NCBI GenBank assembly: GCA_039942135.1
Contig: JBDVDE010000015.1
Span: 16,779 to 80,778 of the forward strand
From: Hyphomonadaceae bacterium
GTDB lineage: Bacteria; Pseudomonadota; Alphaproteobacteria; Caulobacterales; Hyphomonadaceae
Direction: 5' to 3'
Length of the DNA stretch: 64,000 nt
Below, in pieces: positions 19,040 through 28,709 of this stretch. The translations under genes were made by a program, and so were the position numbers. The notes under the pieces were generated by a model. The model had not been told where the DNA came from. It searched no databases and saw only the letters and a program-made list of their open reading frames with translations. Positions within the stretch are counted from its first letter, which is position 1; each line of letters begins with the position of its first letter.

Positions 19040-20347
19040 ATGAGCACCCTCGCCCCTCTTACGCGTCGACGCGTTTTGTCATTGGTTTGGCCGGTTGTAC
19101 TCGCCCAAGCGGCGACGGCGCTGACCGGCATTGTCGATACGGCGGCGATGGGCAAGTTTGGCGACAAGTATGATCTGGCGGGCGTGGCGATTGCGGCGGT
19201 GGCGTGTAGCTTCATCTATTGGGGCTTTGGCTTTTTGCGCATGTCGACAACGGGCCTCACCGCGCAAGCGATTGGCCGCGAAGACACAGGCGAAGCGCGC
19301 GCGGTCTTGCTGCGTTCGCTGGTGCTTGGCGGCGGCTTGGGGCTCATCCTGCTCGTGCTTGGGCCGCTGCTGAAATATACAGCTTTCGCGATCTTCACCG
19401 CGGAGCAGCAAGTCGAAACCCTCGCCGCAGCCTATTTCGATGCGCGCATCTGGGGCGCGCCCGCATTGCTGATGGGATACGGCATTACCGGCTGGCTACT
19501 CGGCACAGGGCGCACGCGAGAGCTGCTGCTGTTCCAGATCATCATGAACGGGGTAAACGCAGGTCTCGACCTCTACTTTGTCGCCGTGCTCGATCTTGGT
19601 CCGGCAGGCATCGGCGCAGGCACAGCGATTGCCGAATGGGTCGCGCTCGGCTTTGGCTTGCTGATTGTGCGCAGCGCGTTTACCGGCAATGCCAAGCTCT
19701 GGGACCGCGACAAGCTTGTCTCGCTGTTCACCGCCAATCGCGACATCATGATCCGCACTATGGCGCTCTTGTTCTCGTTCGCTTGGTTCGTAAACGCAGG
19801 CGCGCGGATTGGTACAGCAGAGCTTGCGGGCAATGAAGTGCTTTTGCAATTTGTCACGGTCGCCGCCTTCGTGCTCGACGGGTTTGCCTTTATTGCCGAG
19901 AAAGAAGCGGGCGAAGCAGTGGGCGCGCGCGATGCAGGGCGGCTGAAACAGGCTGTGCGCGTAACGACAGAATTGGCACTCATGTCCGGCGCAGTGATCG
20001 CGCTTTTGTTCTATATCGGCGGCGGGCTAATTATCGAGACCTTCATTGCCGATGATGAAGCCCGTGCAGCCGCGCTTGCCTATCTTCCCTATTGCGCGCT
20101 GATGCCGCTGATTGGCGTTCTACCGTTCCAACTTGACGGAGTTTTCATTGGCGCCACGCAAGGCCGAGCACTGCGCACGGCTGGTGTCCTCGCCTCTGCG
20201 GGTTATGTCGCCACCGACTATGCGTTTCGGCCATATGGAAACACAGGCGTGTGGCTCGCCTTCCTGACGATGTATCTCTGGCGCGCAGGAATGCTTGGGC
20301 TGTTTTGGAAAGGATTATTGCAGGATGTAGGAAAGGCTGGGCGTTAG
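19040..20347 (+). CDS. MATE family efflux transporter
   Basis: 435 aa with about 12 predicted TM helices and an N-terminus (VWPVVLAQAATALTGIVDTAAMGKFG) typical of MATE/DinF-like pumps. Confidence 0.88.
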   Translation: MSTLAPLTRRRVLSLVWPVVLAQAATALTGIVDTAAMGKFGDKYDLAGVAIAAVACSFIYWGFGFLRMSTTGLTAQAIGREDTGEARAVLLRSLVLGGGLGLILLVLGPLLKYTAFAIFTAEQQVETLAAAYFDARIWGAPALLMGYGITGWLLGTGRTRELLLFQIIMNGVNAGLDLYFVAVLDLGPAGIGAGTAIAEWVALGFGLLIVRSAFTGNAKLWDRDKLVSLFTANRDIMIRTMALLFSFAWFVNAGARIGTAELAGNEVLLQFVTVAAFVLDGFAFIAEKEAGEAVGARDAGRLKQAVRVTTELALMSGAVIALLFYIGGGLIIETFIADDEARAAALAYLPYCALMPLIGVLPFQLDGVFIGATQGRALRTAGVLASAGYVATDYAFRPYGNTGVWLAFLTMYLWRAGMLGLFWKGLLQDVGKAGR

Positions 20348-20360
20348 TTTGGGCGCGGGC

Positions 20361-21431
20361 TCAAAGCCCTGCCCCAACCGCCTCGGAGATATTCGAAAAC
20401 CCGTCTTCTGCCATCAGCTCCAGCAGATCGGTTTTAATTTTTTTTGCCAAGCCCGGCCCCTCGTAGACAAGCGCGGAATAAAGCTGAATGGCGTGGGCGC
20501 CGGCTTTGATCTTAGCATAGGCGTCCGCTCCGCTGGCAATGCCGCCGGCTCCGATAAGGTCAAACGCACCATTCAGGCCGCGCGCGAATTCAGCAAGGAC
20601 TTGGGTTGAGGCGTCCATCAGCGGCGCGCCGGACAAGCCGCCCCCCTCGCCTGCGTGTTTGCTTTGCAGGCTGTCCGGGCGTGCAATGGTCGTGTTGGAA
20701 ATGATTAGCCCCGTAAGGAAACCGGTCATGCCTTTTACCACGGAAATGATGTCGGCAATGGCCTCGCTATCGAGGTCCGGGGCTACCTTCAAAAACACAG
20801 GCCGCTCACCTTCTTGCGTGTCGGCGGTCAGGCGGCAGAGCTTTAATAAGTCATTCAGCTCGTCTTTATTTTGCAGCCCGCGTAGGCCCGGCGTGTTGGG
20901 CGAGGAAATATTGATCGTCACATAATCGCAATGCGGCCAGACGGCAGACAATCCAAGCGCGTAGTCTTTGATCCGGTCTTGCCCCTCGCTGATTTTGTTG
21001 GCTCCGACATTTGCACCAAGCGCACCCGTACGGGCTCCAGCTTTTTGCAAGCGGCGCACATAGGCAGCCAGCCCTTCATTGTTAAAGCCCATGCGGTTGA
21101 TCACAGCGCGGTCCTCGGTGAGGCGGAACAGGCGCGGCTGGGGATTGCCCGCTTGGGGCTTCGGCGTGACCGTGCCGCACTCGACCATGCCAAAGCCAAA
21201 TTTGAACATAGGTCCAAAAACTTCTGCGTTCTTGTCAAACCCCGCTGCAAGTCCAACAGGGTTGGGAAGCTGCAAGCCGGACACAGGTAAGGTCACATGC
21301 AAGCTGTCAGGGTCGATTGGTGTTGATAAAGGCACGCCAAGGCCGAGCTTCAATGATTTGATGGTTGCTTTATGTGCGCGCTCGGCTGGCAGTAATTTCA
21401 CCAGCGCAACGCCTAGGGCTGTCATCGCCAT
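20361..21431 (-). CDS. pyrD: Dihydroorotate dehydrogenase (quinone), class 2
   Basis: Motifs LPAERAHKAT, GLAAGFDKNAE, NRMGFNNEG, GANVGANK, NISSPNTPGLR and GGLSGAPL. The ATG at 21431 lies 1 nt after the stop of the upstream DUF952 gene. The longer ORF-track N-terminus overlaps that gene and is rejected. Confidence 0.9.
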   Translation of the reverse strand: MAMTALGVALVKLLPAERAHKATIKSLKLGLGVPLSTPIDPDSLHVTLPVSGLQLPNPVGLAAGFDKNAEVFGPMFKFGFGMVECGTVTPKPQAGNPQPRLFRLTEDRAVINRMGFNNEGLAAYVRRLQKAGARTGALGANVGANKISEGQDRIKDYALGLSAVWPHCDYVTINISSPNTPGLRGLQNKDELNDLLKLCRLTADTQEGERPVFLKVAPDLDSEAIADIISVVKGMTGFLTGLIISNTTIARPDSLQSKHAGEGGGLSGAPLMDASTQVLAEFARGLNGAFDLIGAGGIASGADAYAKIKAGAHAIQLYSALVYEGPGLAKKIKTDLLELMAEDGFSNISEAVGAGL

Positions 21432-21432
21432 C

Positions 21433-21783
21433 TTATAAATCTCCGGGCAAAACGGGAATACCGTCTTTGTTCGTGTCCAACTCCCAGACCCGCAATGCAG
21501 TCGCAAGCGGCAAGGTTCCATACAAATGCGGGAACAAATCACCGCCGCGTGAGGGCTCCCATTTAAGGTCCCCCGAATTTTCAAGATCATCCAGACCATA
21601 TTCAAGCAAGCGGACACCGCTTGCTTGTTTGTAATGCAATGCCAGAGTCTCCCCGACTTGCGCTCGCGTCGAAAGATGGACATAGCCATCGCCGACATCC
21701 AGCTTGGTTTCAGGATAGCCTATTTGCTTTGCTGCGTCCCAGTCGTCGGACGCCAAAATCTTGTAAACATGAGTGTGTGTCAT
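21433..21783 (-). CDS. DUF952 domain protein
   Basis: 116 aa. YKILASDDW...GYVHLST...FPHLYG is the pattern I remember for DUF952. It is tightly coupled to pyrD. Confidence 0.7.
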   Translation of the reverse strand: MTHTHVYKILASDDWDAAKQIGYPETKLDVGDGYVHLSTRAQVGETLALHYKQASGVRLLEYGLDDLENSGDLKWEPSRGGDLFPHLYGTLPLATALRVWELDTNKDGIPVLPGDL

Positions 21784-21843
21784 CTAGCGGGTTCAAACAG
21801 TCTTCGCCGAATTATGCAATCCAGCAGTGTGAAAATCAACAAA

Positions 21844-21887
21844 TGAATAGGAATTTACACCTTGTGATAGGTTGAAATTCCTATTCA
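21844..21887. promoter_or_regulatory. Perfect 13-bp inverted repeat (candidate operator) in front of the S24/HTH regulator
   Basis: TGAATAGGAATTT (21844-21856) and AAATTCCTATTCA (21875-21887) are exact reverse complements separated by 18 nt. The element lies in the divergent intergenic region between the DUF952-pyrD genes and the repressor-like gene. Confidence 0.5.
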
Positions 21888-21936
21888 CTTGCTGCATAAG
21901 ATATACACAGACTTATCCACAGGGGTGCTTGCGCCT

Positions 21937-22554
21937 ATGCGACATAAAGATATTTGGACCGGCCTCGACAAATTAGCCAGTCATAACGGACTGAGTGTAT
22001 CAGGATTGGCAAAATTGGCTGGCCTTGATCCCACGTCTTTCAATCCCTCAAAAAGGACTGCAAAAGATGGTCGGCCGCGTTGGCCTTCAACCGAAAGTGT
22101 TGCACGTGCTTTGACCGCTGTTGGTGCAGGTTTTGACGATTTTGCTTCACTGATCGAAGGCAAACGAGGGGCAAGTGCGCCCCTCATAGGATTTGCCCAA
22201 GCCGGCAATGACGGGTTCTTCGATGATGCAGGGTTTCCTGCAGGGTCCGGCTGGGACGAGGTCCGGTTCCCCGGACTTGGCGCCGAACAAGTCTACGCTC
22301 TCGAAATCAGCGGGGACAGTATGGAGCCCGTCTACCGCGCCGGTGACCGGATTGTTGTCTCCCCCGATACGCAAGTGCGACGGGGAGATCGCGTGGTAGC
22401 GAAGACGATCGACGGGGAAGTGCTCGCTAAATTACTCGGTCAACAAACCGACAAGACTGTAGAATTGGTCTCCTTCAATCCAAACTATCCTCCCCGTAAA
22501 TTTGCGCGGCACGAAATCGCATGGATTGCGCGAATATTATGGGCCAGCCAATAA
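21937..22554 (+). CDS. Phage-repressor-like HTH / S24 (LexA-type) peptidase family regulator
   Basis: It has an N-terminal HTH-like segment (LSVSGLAKLAGLDPTSFN). The C-terminal S24 domain carries the Ser nucleophile context (EISGDSMEP) and a downstream Lys (VVAKTIDGEVLAK). The ATG at 21937 is preferred; the TTG at 21889 is possible. Confidence 0.75.
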   Translation: MRHKDIWTGLDKLASHNGLSVSGLAKLAGLDPTSFNPSKRTAKDGRPRWPSTESVARALTAVGAGFDDFASLIEGKRGASAPLIGFAQAGNDGFFDDAGFPAGSGWDEVRFPGLGAEQVYALEISGDSMEPVYRAGDRIVVSPDTQVRRGDRVVAKTIDGEVLAKLLGQQTDKTVELVSFNPNYPPRKFARHEIAWIARILWASQ

Positions 22555-22712
22555 TACGTCGTTTGAGGCGAACAATTGGTTCATCCATATCGGGAAGTTG
22601 ATGCCGCATCACATTTGCGGGACACCAAGACATAATAACTGGAAAATTCGAATGATTTCTGCTAGTTTTGAGCTTCGAAGGATCATGCCCATTTAACTTT
22701 AGGATATCCACA

Positions 22713-23309
22713 ATGACCTCACTCATCAAACGTGCTCTCGCGTTCACGGCAGCCACCACGATGGTTGCTGCTGCCGCTCAAGCCGCTCCGTTCGATGCAA
22801 TAGATCGAGCAACAGATGCTCCACTTTACAGCTATGAGAAAGTCTACATCGCTCCGGTCGAAACTGATTTCAGCGAACATCCTGTTCGCCGCTCCACTCG
22901 AGATTTACGAGGGTTTCGTCCGATCAGTGAGCGTGACCAAGCACGCAAAGCAAGTGATTTTGCAGAGGAACTGCAAAGCGCTTTTGGGAAAAAGTATCTT
23001 CTCGTAGATGCGCCAGGTGACGGCATCCTGACGATCGAAGCTACACTCACCAAGCTGGTTTCAACACGGCCCACGATAGCTGACGCGCGCTCCCGAACAG
23101 GACTGAGCTTTAGCTCACTCTATGTTGGCGGTGCGGATTATCAAATCAACCTCATCGAGGGATCAACCCTTCTGACGCGAATTGAGGAGAAGCAAAGCAA
23201 CAACTCAAACCTCAATGATGGTCTACCGCGCGTCGGAATATGGGCGGATGCGGATCGGTCATTCGATCGGTTTGCTCGGCAGCTCGCCCGTTATGTTGAG
23301 AACAACTAA
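22713..23309 (+). CDS. Hypothetical secreted protein
   Basis: Signal peptide MTSLIKRALAFTAATTMVAAAAQAAP. I recognise no catalytic motif. Confidence 0.5.
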   Translation: MTSLIKRALAFTAATTMVAAAAQAAPFDAIDRATDAPLYSYEKVYIAPVETDFSEHPVRRSTRDLRGFRPISERDQARKASDFAEELQSAFGKKYLLVDAPGDGILTIEATLTKLVSTRPTIADARSRTGLSFSSLYVGGADYQINLIEGSTLLTRIEEKQSNNSNLNDGLPRVGIWADADRSFDRFARQLARYVENN

Positions 23310-23311
23310 AA

Positions 23312-23337
23312 TCAGGCTTTGAAAGAGCCTGAATTTC
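23312..23337 (+). terminator. Weak hairpin terminator candidate
   Basis: TCAGGCT - 7 nt - AGCCTGA followed by ATTTC. The stem is short. Confidence 0.3.
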
Positions 23338-23410
23338 AAAAATACAGGGGTCATATGCACTCGGTGAATATGGCCCCCATTCTTAGAAAAGTTGTTTCAA
23401 CGAAGCCAGA

Positions 23411-24556
23411 TCAATCAGACCGCCCAACCGCGTCCAGCATTGCATCGACATTGGATCGTCCAAGATTCCTGCAGCGGTCGGGTGACCAACCCGAAACGGG
23501 GTCGGGCAAATCAGCATTGTCTTTGAACGGCATCTCCAATGTCATAGCCAATCCTCCGAAAGCGGCGAACAGGGCGTTTCCGGCAATAGATAGGTTCGCC
23601 TTGCCCGGAGCATTGCGGGGATAACCGAAGCGGGTCTGAAAATCGGGACTAGCCGTGACAAGCGCTAATTTATATGCCTGCAATCTAGCATCATCGGTGT
23701 CGGAAAAGCCTGCAACTCCTTCCGAACCTGCTATGAAATTATACGGCAGCGCCTCGTCACCATGGACATCAAGCACCAAAAACACACCGGTCTCACGCAT
23801 TGACGACAAGACGTGGAAAACTTCAGGGCTTTTTTCGAGGCTGGCTTTATCCCATTCCCGATTGAGGTTTATACCCGCAGCATTGGTCCTTAAATGTCCG
23901 CGTTTCGAACCATCGGGATTCATATTTGGAACGATACTGATGCTAGAGCGCTCGCGCAGCTTACGGCTGACCGGATCATCCATATCCAGCAATCGTTCGA
24001 TAAATCCTTCCATCCACCATTCAGCCATTGTCTCACCAGGATGTTGGCGTGCAATTACCCAGATAGGCTTCTTGTCTTTGGTGGGCTCTCCAACGCGAAT
24101 ACAATCAATGCTTTGTCCGTCTAGCGTCGTGCCCAACATATCAACCCTGACGTCATCATAATCTTGAACCGCGGCAATCATCTCATGATGCCGTTCCATA
24201 GAAAACGGAGCGAAATAGGCGTAATAGACTGCATCGGCTTCTGGTGTGTGGTTGATCACAAGCTCACCATTCTCGTATTTTGTCGGAACGCGTGTCCAAG
24301 TTTCGCGATCAGCCGACATACACGCCTGATAATCCTCCCAACCTTTGGGATAGGCCGATCCACCAGCATTTCCGATGATCAGTCTACACGGCAAATCACG
24401 CGCGCCCGACAGCCTGAAATAGAACCACTGATAAAAATCGCTATCTTTGTCCTTACGGATTTCCAACTGGATATTGTCTGCATCAATACACGACTTACAG
24501 ACAATGTTACCGCCGTCAAAAGCAGCATTAATTGACAGACCCATGGGCGCTCTCAC
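23411..24556 (-). CDS. M14 family zinc carboxypeptidase (cytosolic-carboxypeptidase-like, with N-terminal beta domain)
   Basis: 381 aa. The zinc-ligand contexts are ARQHPGETMAEWW (HxxE) and LDVHGDE. Confidence 0.8.
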   Translation of the reverse strand: MRAPMGLSINAAFDGGNIVCKSCIDADNIQLEIRKDKDSDFYQWFYFRLSGARDLPCRLIIGNAGGSAYPKGWEDYQACMSADRETWTRVPTKYENGELVINHTPEADAVYYAYFAPFSMERHHEMIAAVQDYDDVRVDMLGTTLDGQSIDCIRVGEPTKDKKPIWVIARQHPGETMAEWWMEGFIERLLDMDDPVSRKLRERSSISIVPNMNPDGSKRGHLRTNAAGINLNREWDKASLEKSPEVFHVLSSMRETGVFLVLDVHGDEALPYNFIAGSEGVAGFSDTDDARLQAYKLALVTASPDFQTRFGYPRNAPGKANLSIAGNALFAAFGGLAMTLEMPFKDNADLPDPVSGWSPDRCRNLGRSNVDAMLDAVGRSD

Positions 24557-24629
24557 CTTTCATTATAAAGGAAGCTACTTACGCTGCTTTGGGACAACGC
24601 TCAACGACTATGGCTCTATGATATTGTTA

Positions 24630-25940
24630 CTATTCGCGGAAGGTCAGTGACACCGCATCGCCAAGCGGCTTGAGCAGATAGGAGATCACTGTTCGGCTCT
24701 CCGTTTTGACGCTCGCATCCACCGGCATACCGGGCAAAAGCTTGAACTCACTATTGTTCAACCGCACATCTGGAATTTCCACGATGCCTTCATAATAGAA
24801 AGCCCCTGAGGCCGGGTCTTGAAGCGCATCTGCCGACACTTTGCGGATGACACCGTAAACTTCTGGCGTGACATTGGCGCTAAATGCCGGAAAACGTAAC
24901 GTTGCCTCGTTCCCTTCAGTTACTTTGTCGATGTCCTGAGGCGCGATGCGGACCAGAGCAACCAACGGGTCCCCCTCGGGCACGATAAACATTATTGGAT
25001 TGCGCGGTTCAATAACACCGCCAACCGTATGCGTTTGTATGCCGATGACACGGCCAGCGCGTGGCGCCTTAATCTCCAAACGCCTAAGCTGATCGCGCGC
25101 TGCAATTCGCTCTTCCGACAGTTCCGCAACACGCGTTTGCACGGAACGAAATTCAGTTAAAACCTCTTCCCTAAACCCATCAGTCAGCTGATTAATCTCG
25201 AGGCGTGCCTCGCCAATTTGAATCAGTGTGGTCGCAACCTCGGCCGAGAGAGACTCGCGCACTCCCGTAAGTCGCGCCTGTTCTCTCTTCAACGTCAATA
25301 TTCGAGATTTGGGGCTAAGTCCTTTTTCCAGCAGCACCTCTAATCCCGCAACTTCTTCTCCAATCAGTTCACTCTGTTGAAGATTTGCTGTTATCTCATT
25401 TTCCAATCCTGTAGCACGCCGTTCAAATTGCAAGATCGACTGACGTAGCAAAGACACTTGAGTAGAGCGCGAGGCCGCGCGCGCCGCCAATAGGTCACGT
25501 TGGGAAACCAGAATATCGATAATTTCAGGACGGTCAGCAAGATCATAAAACTCAGTGCGCAACTCAACACTACGACGATTGTCACGTTCGGCGACTAGAC
25601 GCGCCTCCTCGCCAATCGCTTCAAACAATCGGGCTTCGACACTCGAAAGGCGTGCCTGTATAGAGGTTTCATCTAGTACAATTACGGTTTGTCCGCTTTC
25701 AACCCGATCGCCCTCTTACACATTGATCTGACCAACGATCCCGCCTTCCAAATGTTGGACTGCTTGTTGATTGCTCTCAACAGAAATCAGACCGCTCGCA
25801 AGTACGGCGCCCTCAAACGGCGCGACAACGGACCAAAGGAATAAGCCGCCGAACAAGCAAATCACCAGTGCCCATCCAACGCGAGACATCGATTTTGTAT
25901 TGGATGCAGGTCGCGCTGAAAAAACTTCTGACTCAGACAT
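24630..25940 (-). pseudogene. HlyD-family type I secretion periplasmic adaptor, interrupted by one in-frame TAA
   Basis: The ORFs 25716..26003 and 24630..25628 are in the same frame. Translation across the gap reads ...GGIVGQINV*EGDRVESGQTVIVLDETS..., with the TAA at 25716-25718 inside the conserved lipoyl-like motif. The ATG at 25940 overlaps the ABC gene stop (ATGTCTGA). Confidence 0.75.
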
Positions 25941-27680
25941 CGCTCCCTCCTTTTGGCGCCGACTTAAGCTGGCGCTTTGTTGGCGAAATATTGGACGGGG
26001 CAACTTCGCTCAAAACCTCGTCTCGAGGGCCATAAATCCGCATTCGGCCGCCTTCGAGCATCAAAAGCTTATTACACTGACCTATAGATTGAGGACGATG
26101 CGCAATCATAACCACTGTTGCCCCGCGTGACTTCAATCCTTTAATCTGCATTCTGCAGAGCTATTTCACCGACATTGTCAAGATTGGAGTTTGGTTCGTC
26201 CAAAACCACAATCGCAGGATCGCCGTAAAGCGCACGCGCCAAACCAATACGCTGACGCTGCCCAGCGGATAGATAAGCGCCCCGCATTCCAATTTCGGTG
26301 TCATAGCCCTCGGGCAACCTCAAGATCATATCATGGCAACCGGCCGCTTGCGCCGCGGAGATAACAGCTTCCGAATTACCTTCAGGATCAAAACGGCTTA
26401 TATTCTCATGGATACGCCCAGAGAAGAGATCAACCTGTTGGGGTAGATACCCTAATTGCGGCCCCAAAACTTCACGCGACCACGTTGAAATTTCAGCCCC
26501 GTCGATGCGGACCGTGCCGATTTGCGCGCCCCATATTCCCATCAGAATTCGAACCAAAGACGATTTTTCCAACCGCGCTCGGTCCTATTAAACCAACGAT
26601 ATCCCCAACAGCAATCTTGAAACTGAGTTGCAACAAGAACGGCTTTTGGGCGCCAGGAGGCCCCGCGGATACGCCTTCAAATTCGATTTCACCACGCACG
26701 GCAGGTAAGGCCATTGAATTGCCAGAAGACGGTCTGCCAAGCAAAGCTTCACGCAAGGAGTTCCACGCTGCACGAGCAGATGATACGGAACGCCATTGGC
26801 CGACCAATTGCTCGACTGGACCAATCGCGCGGCCAGTCAAAATCGATGCAGCGATCATTTCCCCCGGAGTCGAAATACCAAGGATCGATAGATAAGCTCC
26901 AACCCCCAACACGGATGATTGCAGGAATAATCTGAAAGCCTTCGTTCCTGATGCGAACCGAGAAAGTAACGAGCTCGAGGCAACAAGAGCGGCATCCGAC
27001 CGGTCAAATTCATCGCGCCACTTCTTTCGGACACGATCTCCAAGACCAAGAGCTTCGATTATTTCTGCGTTTTGGGAAATTTCGCTGACTCTAGCCTGCG
27101 CCGCCATTTCAAGCACTTCGGAATCGCGGACGCTTTTGTGCGAAACACTCTGATTGAGGAAAGCAATTCCAACAAGTACAAACCCACCGCCTAAAGCCAA
27201 GACCCCATACCACCAGTGGATCATAAAAATAACGAGCAAAAACATAATGGAAAATGGCGCGTCAAACATCGCTGTGACTGCAGGGCTTCCAAAAAATTTT
27301 CGTAGGGTTCTCAAATCACGGATCGGCTTATCCGAACCACGACCTGGATCGTGTAGTTTATCTTTTATGGTTGCAATGAGTGTCCGGTCACCAAGCACAT
27401 CTTCAAACCGAGACCCCACGCGCGACAAAATGCTATTTCGCACCCAATCCAAAACCGCAAACCCTGCATAGAGCACGAGGATTAGTATGGTCAGCGCTAC
27501 CAATGTATGCACGGATGCGCTGGCCAATACGCGATCATAGACCTGCAACATGTAGAGCGGCCCCGTCAGCATCAACATGCTGGTAAACAGGCTAAACCCA
27601 GCCACGCCAATGAAGACACGATGCATGTCGCGAAATGAATCGCGAACAGGGTCTTCCTGACTGTTTGTCGTGTTTGTCAT
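25933..27680 (-). pseudogene. Type I secretion ABC permease/ATPase (PrtD/HasD-like, no C39 domain), disrupted by two frameshifts
   Basis: It is split into three consecutive pieces in three different frames. These are the TMD plus the start of Walker A (26493..27680), the Q-loop/signature/Walker B piece [32 protein letters not shown] (26141..26572) and the H-loop piece TVVMIAHRP (25933..26151). Confidence 0.8.
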
Positions 27681-27770
27681 CCTACATCCTCAGGGTGAAA
27701 CTTATAGGCTAGAACTGGGCGATTGAACACGATCCTGTTCAAAATCCCCTTAAGGTAAGCGTTCACCAAA

Positions 27771-28697
27771 TTAGGCCGCTAACTCAAGGGCACGTACAAT
27801 AGCGGGTAAAATTAGCACCCCTAATAGGGTTGGGAATACGAAAAGTATGAGTGGCAATGACAGTTTAGCCGACAATGCCATCGCCTGCTCTTCGGCTGCT
27901 AGCATCCGCTTTTTACGCATGTCCTTGGAAAAAACGCGAAGTGTGTCTCCAATGCTCGATCCCATCTCTTCAGCTTGCCGCAACATAGTTGTTAGCGACG
28001 AAGCTTCCTCGATACCAAGTCGTCTAGCGAAATTTTTCCAAGCGTCCTGACGTGCTCTACCTGCACGAAGTTCGAGAGCATTTATCTTCAGATGCAAGGC
28101 AAGACTAGGATATCGCCCTGCCAGCTCTTCAGCCACACGCGCGACAGCCGCATCAATACTCATCCCTGCTTCAACACACGCCACGAGGAGGTCCATCATA
28201 TCTGGAAACCCCTCCTTGTATTCACGTTCAAGTCGCTTCGTTCGCTTACCAATGTAAATCCCTGGAACGGTAAGGCCAAAAATTGCTAGAAACAAACTCG
28301 CCGACAACGGTAAGATCGGATCAATGAGCGACAATTGTGGGACGAGGTACAAAAGAAGAATTTGCGGCAGAACGACCATAAGAAGCCGTGCTGCAAAATA
28401 TACGGACACAGCTTTTTGTCCAAGCAGGCCCGCACGCATCAGCGTAAAGCGTAATTGCGAAATTTGTTCTGGATTCCCCGGCGTTGATCGGCGGCCAAGA
28501 TCCGTGACGATGTCGCCAATCGATTTTGTACGCTTATCTTCAGCCGAACTTCCAGCCGTAGCTTTCGCGCGCTCCAACCGAGAGATCATTTGGCCTGAAC
28601 GCCGCATAGACCTGACAGAAAATAGTACGCCCGGCACCACAAATAGCGTCAACACCATGGCGACACCGAATATGACAAAATCCGCTTGAGTTACCAT
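27771..28697 (-). CDS. tadC: Tad/Flp pilus assembly inner-membrane protein TadC (T2SS F-family)
   Basis: 308 aa polytopic protein with a GspF-like domain (FPDMMDLLVACVEAGMSIDAAV). It occupies the position after tadB. Confidence 0.85.
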   Translation of the reverse strand: MVTQADFVIFGVAMVLTLFVVPGVLFSVRSMRRSGQMISRLERAKATAGSSAEDKRTKSIGDIVTDLGRRSTPGNPEQISQLRFTLMRAGLLGQKAVSVYFAARLLMVVLPQILLLYLVPQLSLIDPILPLSASLFLAIFGLTVPGIYIGKRTKRLEREYKEGFPDMMDLLVACVEAGMSIDAAVARVAEELAGRYPSLALHLKINALELRAGRARQDAWKNFARRLGIEEASSLTTMLRQAEEMGSSIGDTLRVFSKDMRKKRMLAAEEQAMALSAKLSLPLILFVFPTLLGVLILPAIVRALELAA

Positions 28698-28709
28698 TTT
28701 GCCATACCC

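Noticed and set aside
18480-19040. RNase P RNA or two-piece alphaproteobacterial tmRNA in the structured intergenic region
   Set aside because: Neither strand has the RNase P P4 strands (GAGGAAAGTCCGGGC / ACAGAACCCGGCTTA). I see no T-arm GGTTCGA..CC followed by an acceptor-CCA. No short tag reading frame ends in Ala-Ala-stop.
21432-21698. N-terminal extension of the pyrD ORF
   Set aside because: It overlaps the DUF952 gene in another frame. The PyrD-like sequence begins only at MAMTALGVALVKLLPAERAH (ATG at 21431).
27681-27775. About 31-codon minus-strand reading frame (TTG/GTG start) ending in an ATGA overlap with the dead ABC gene
   Set aside because: It has no ATG and no RBS, and it overlaps the tadC stop in another frame. 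It is notable only because it contains the 21-nt repeat, so I treat it as non-coding.
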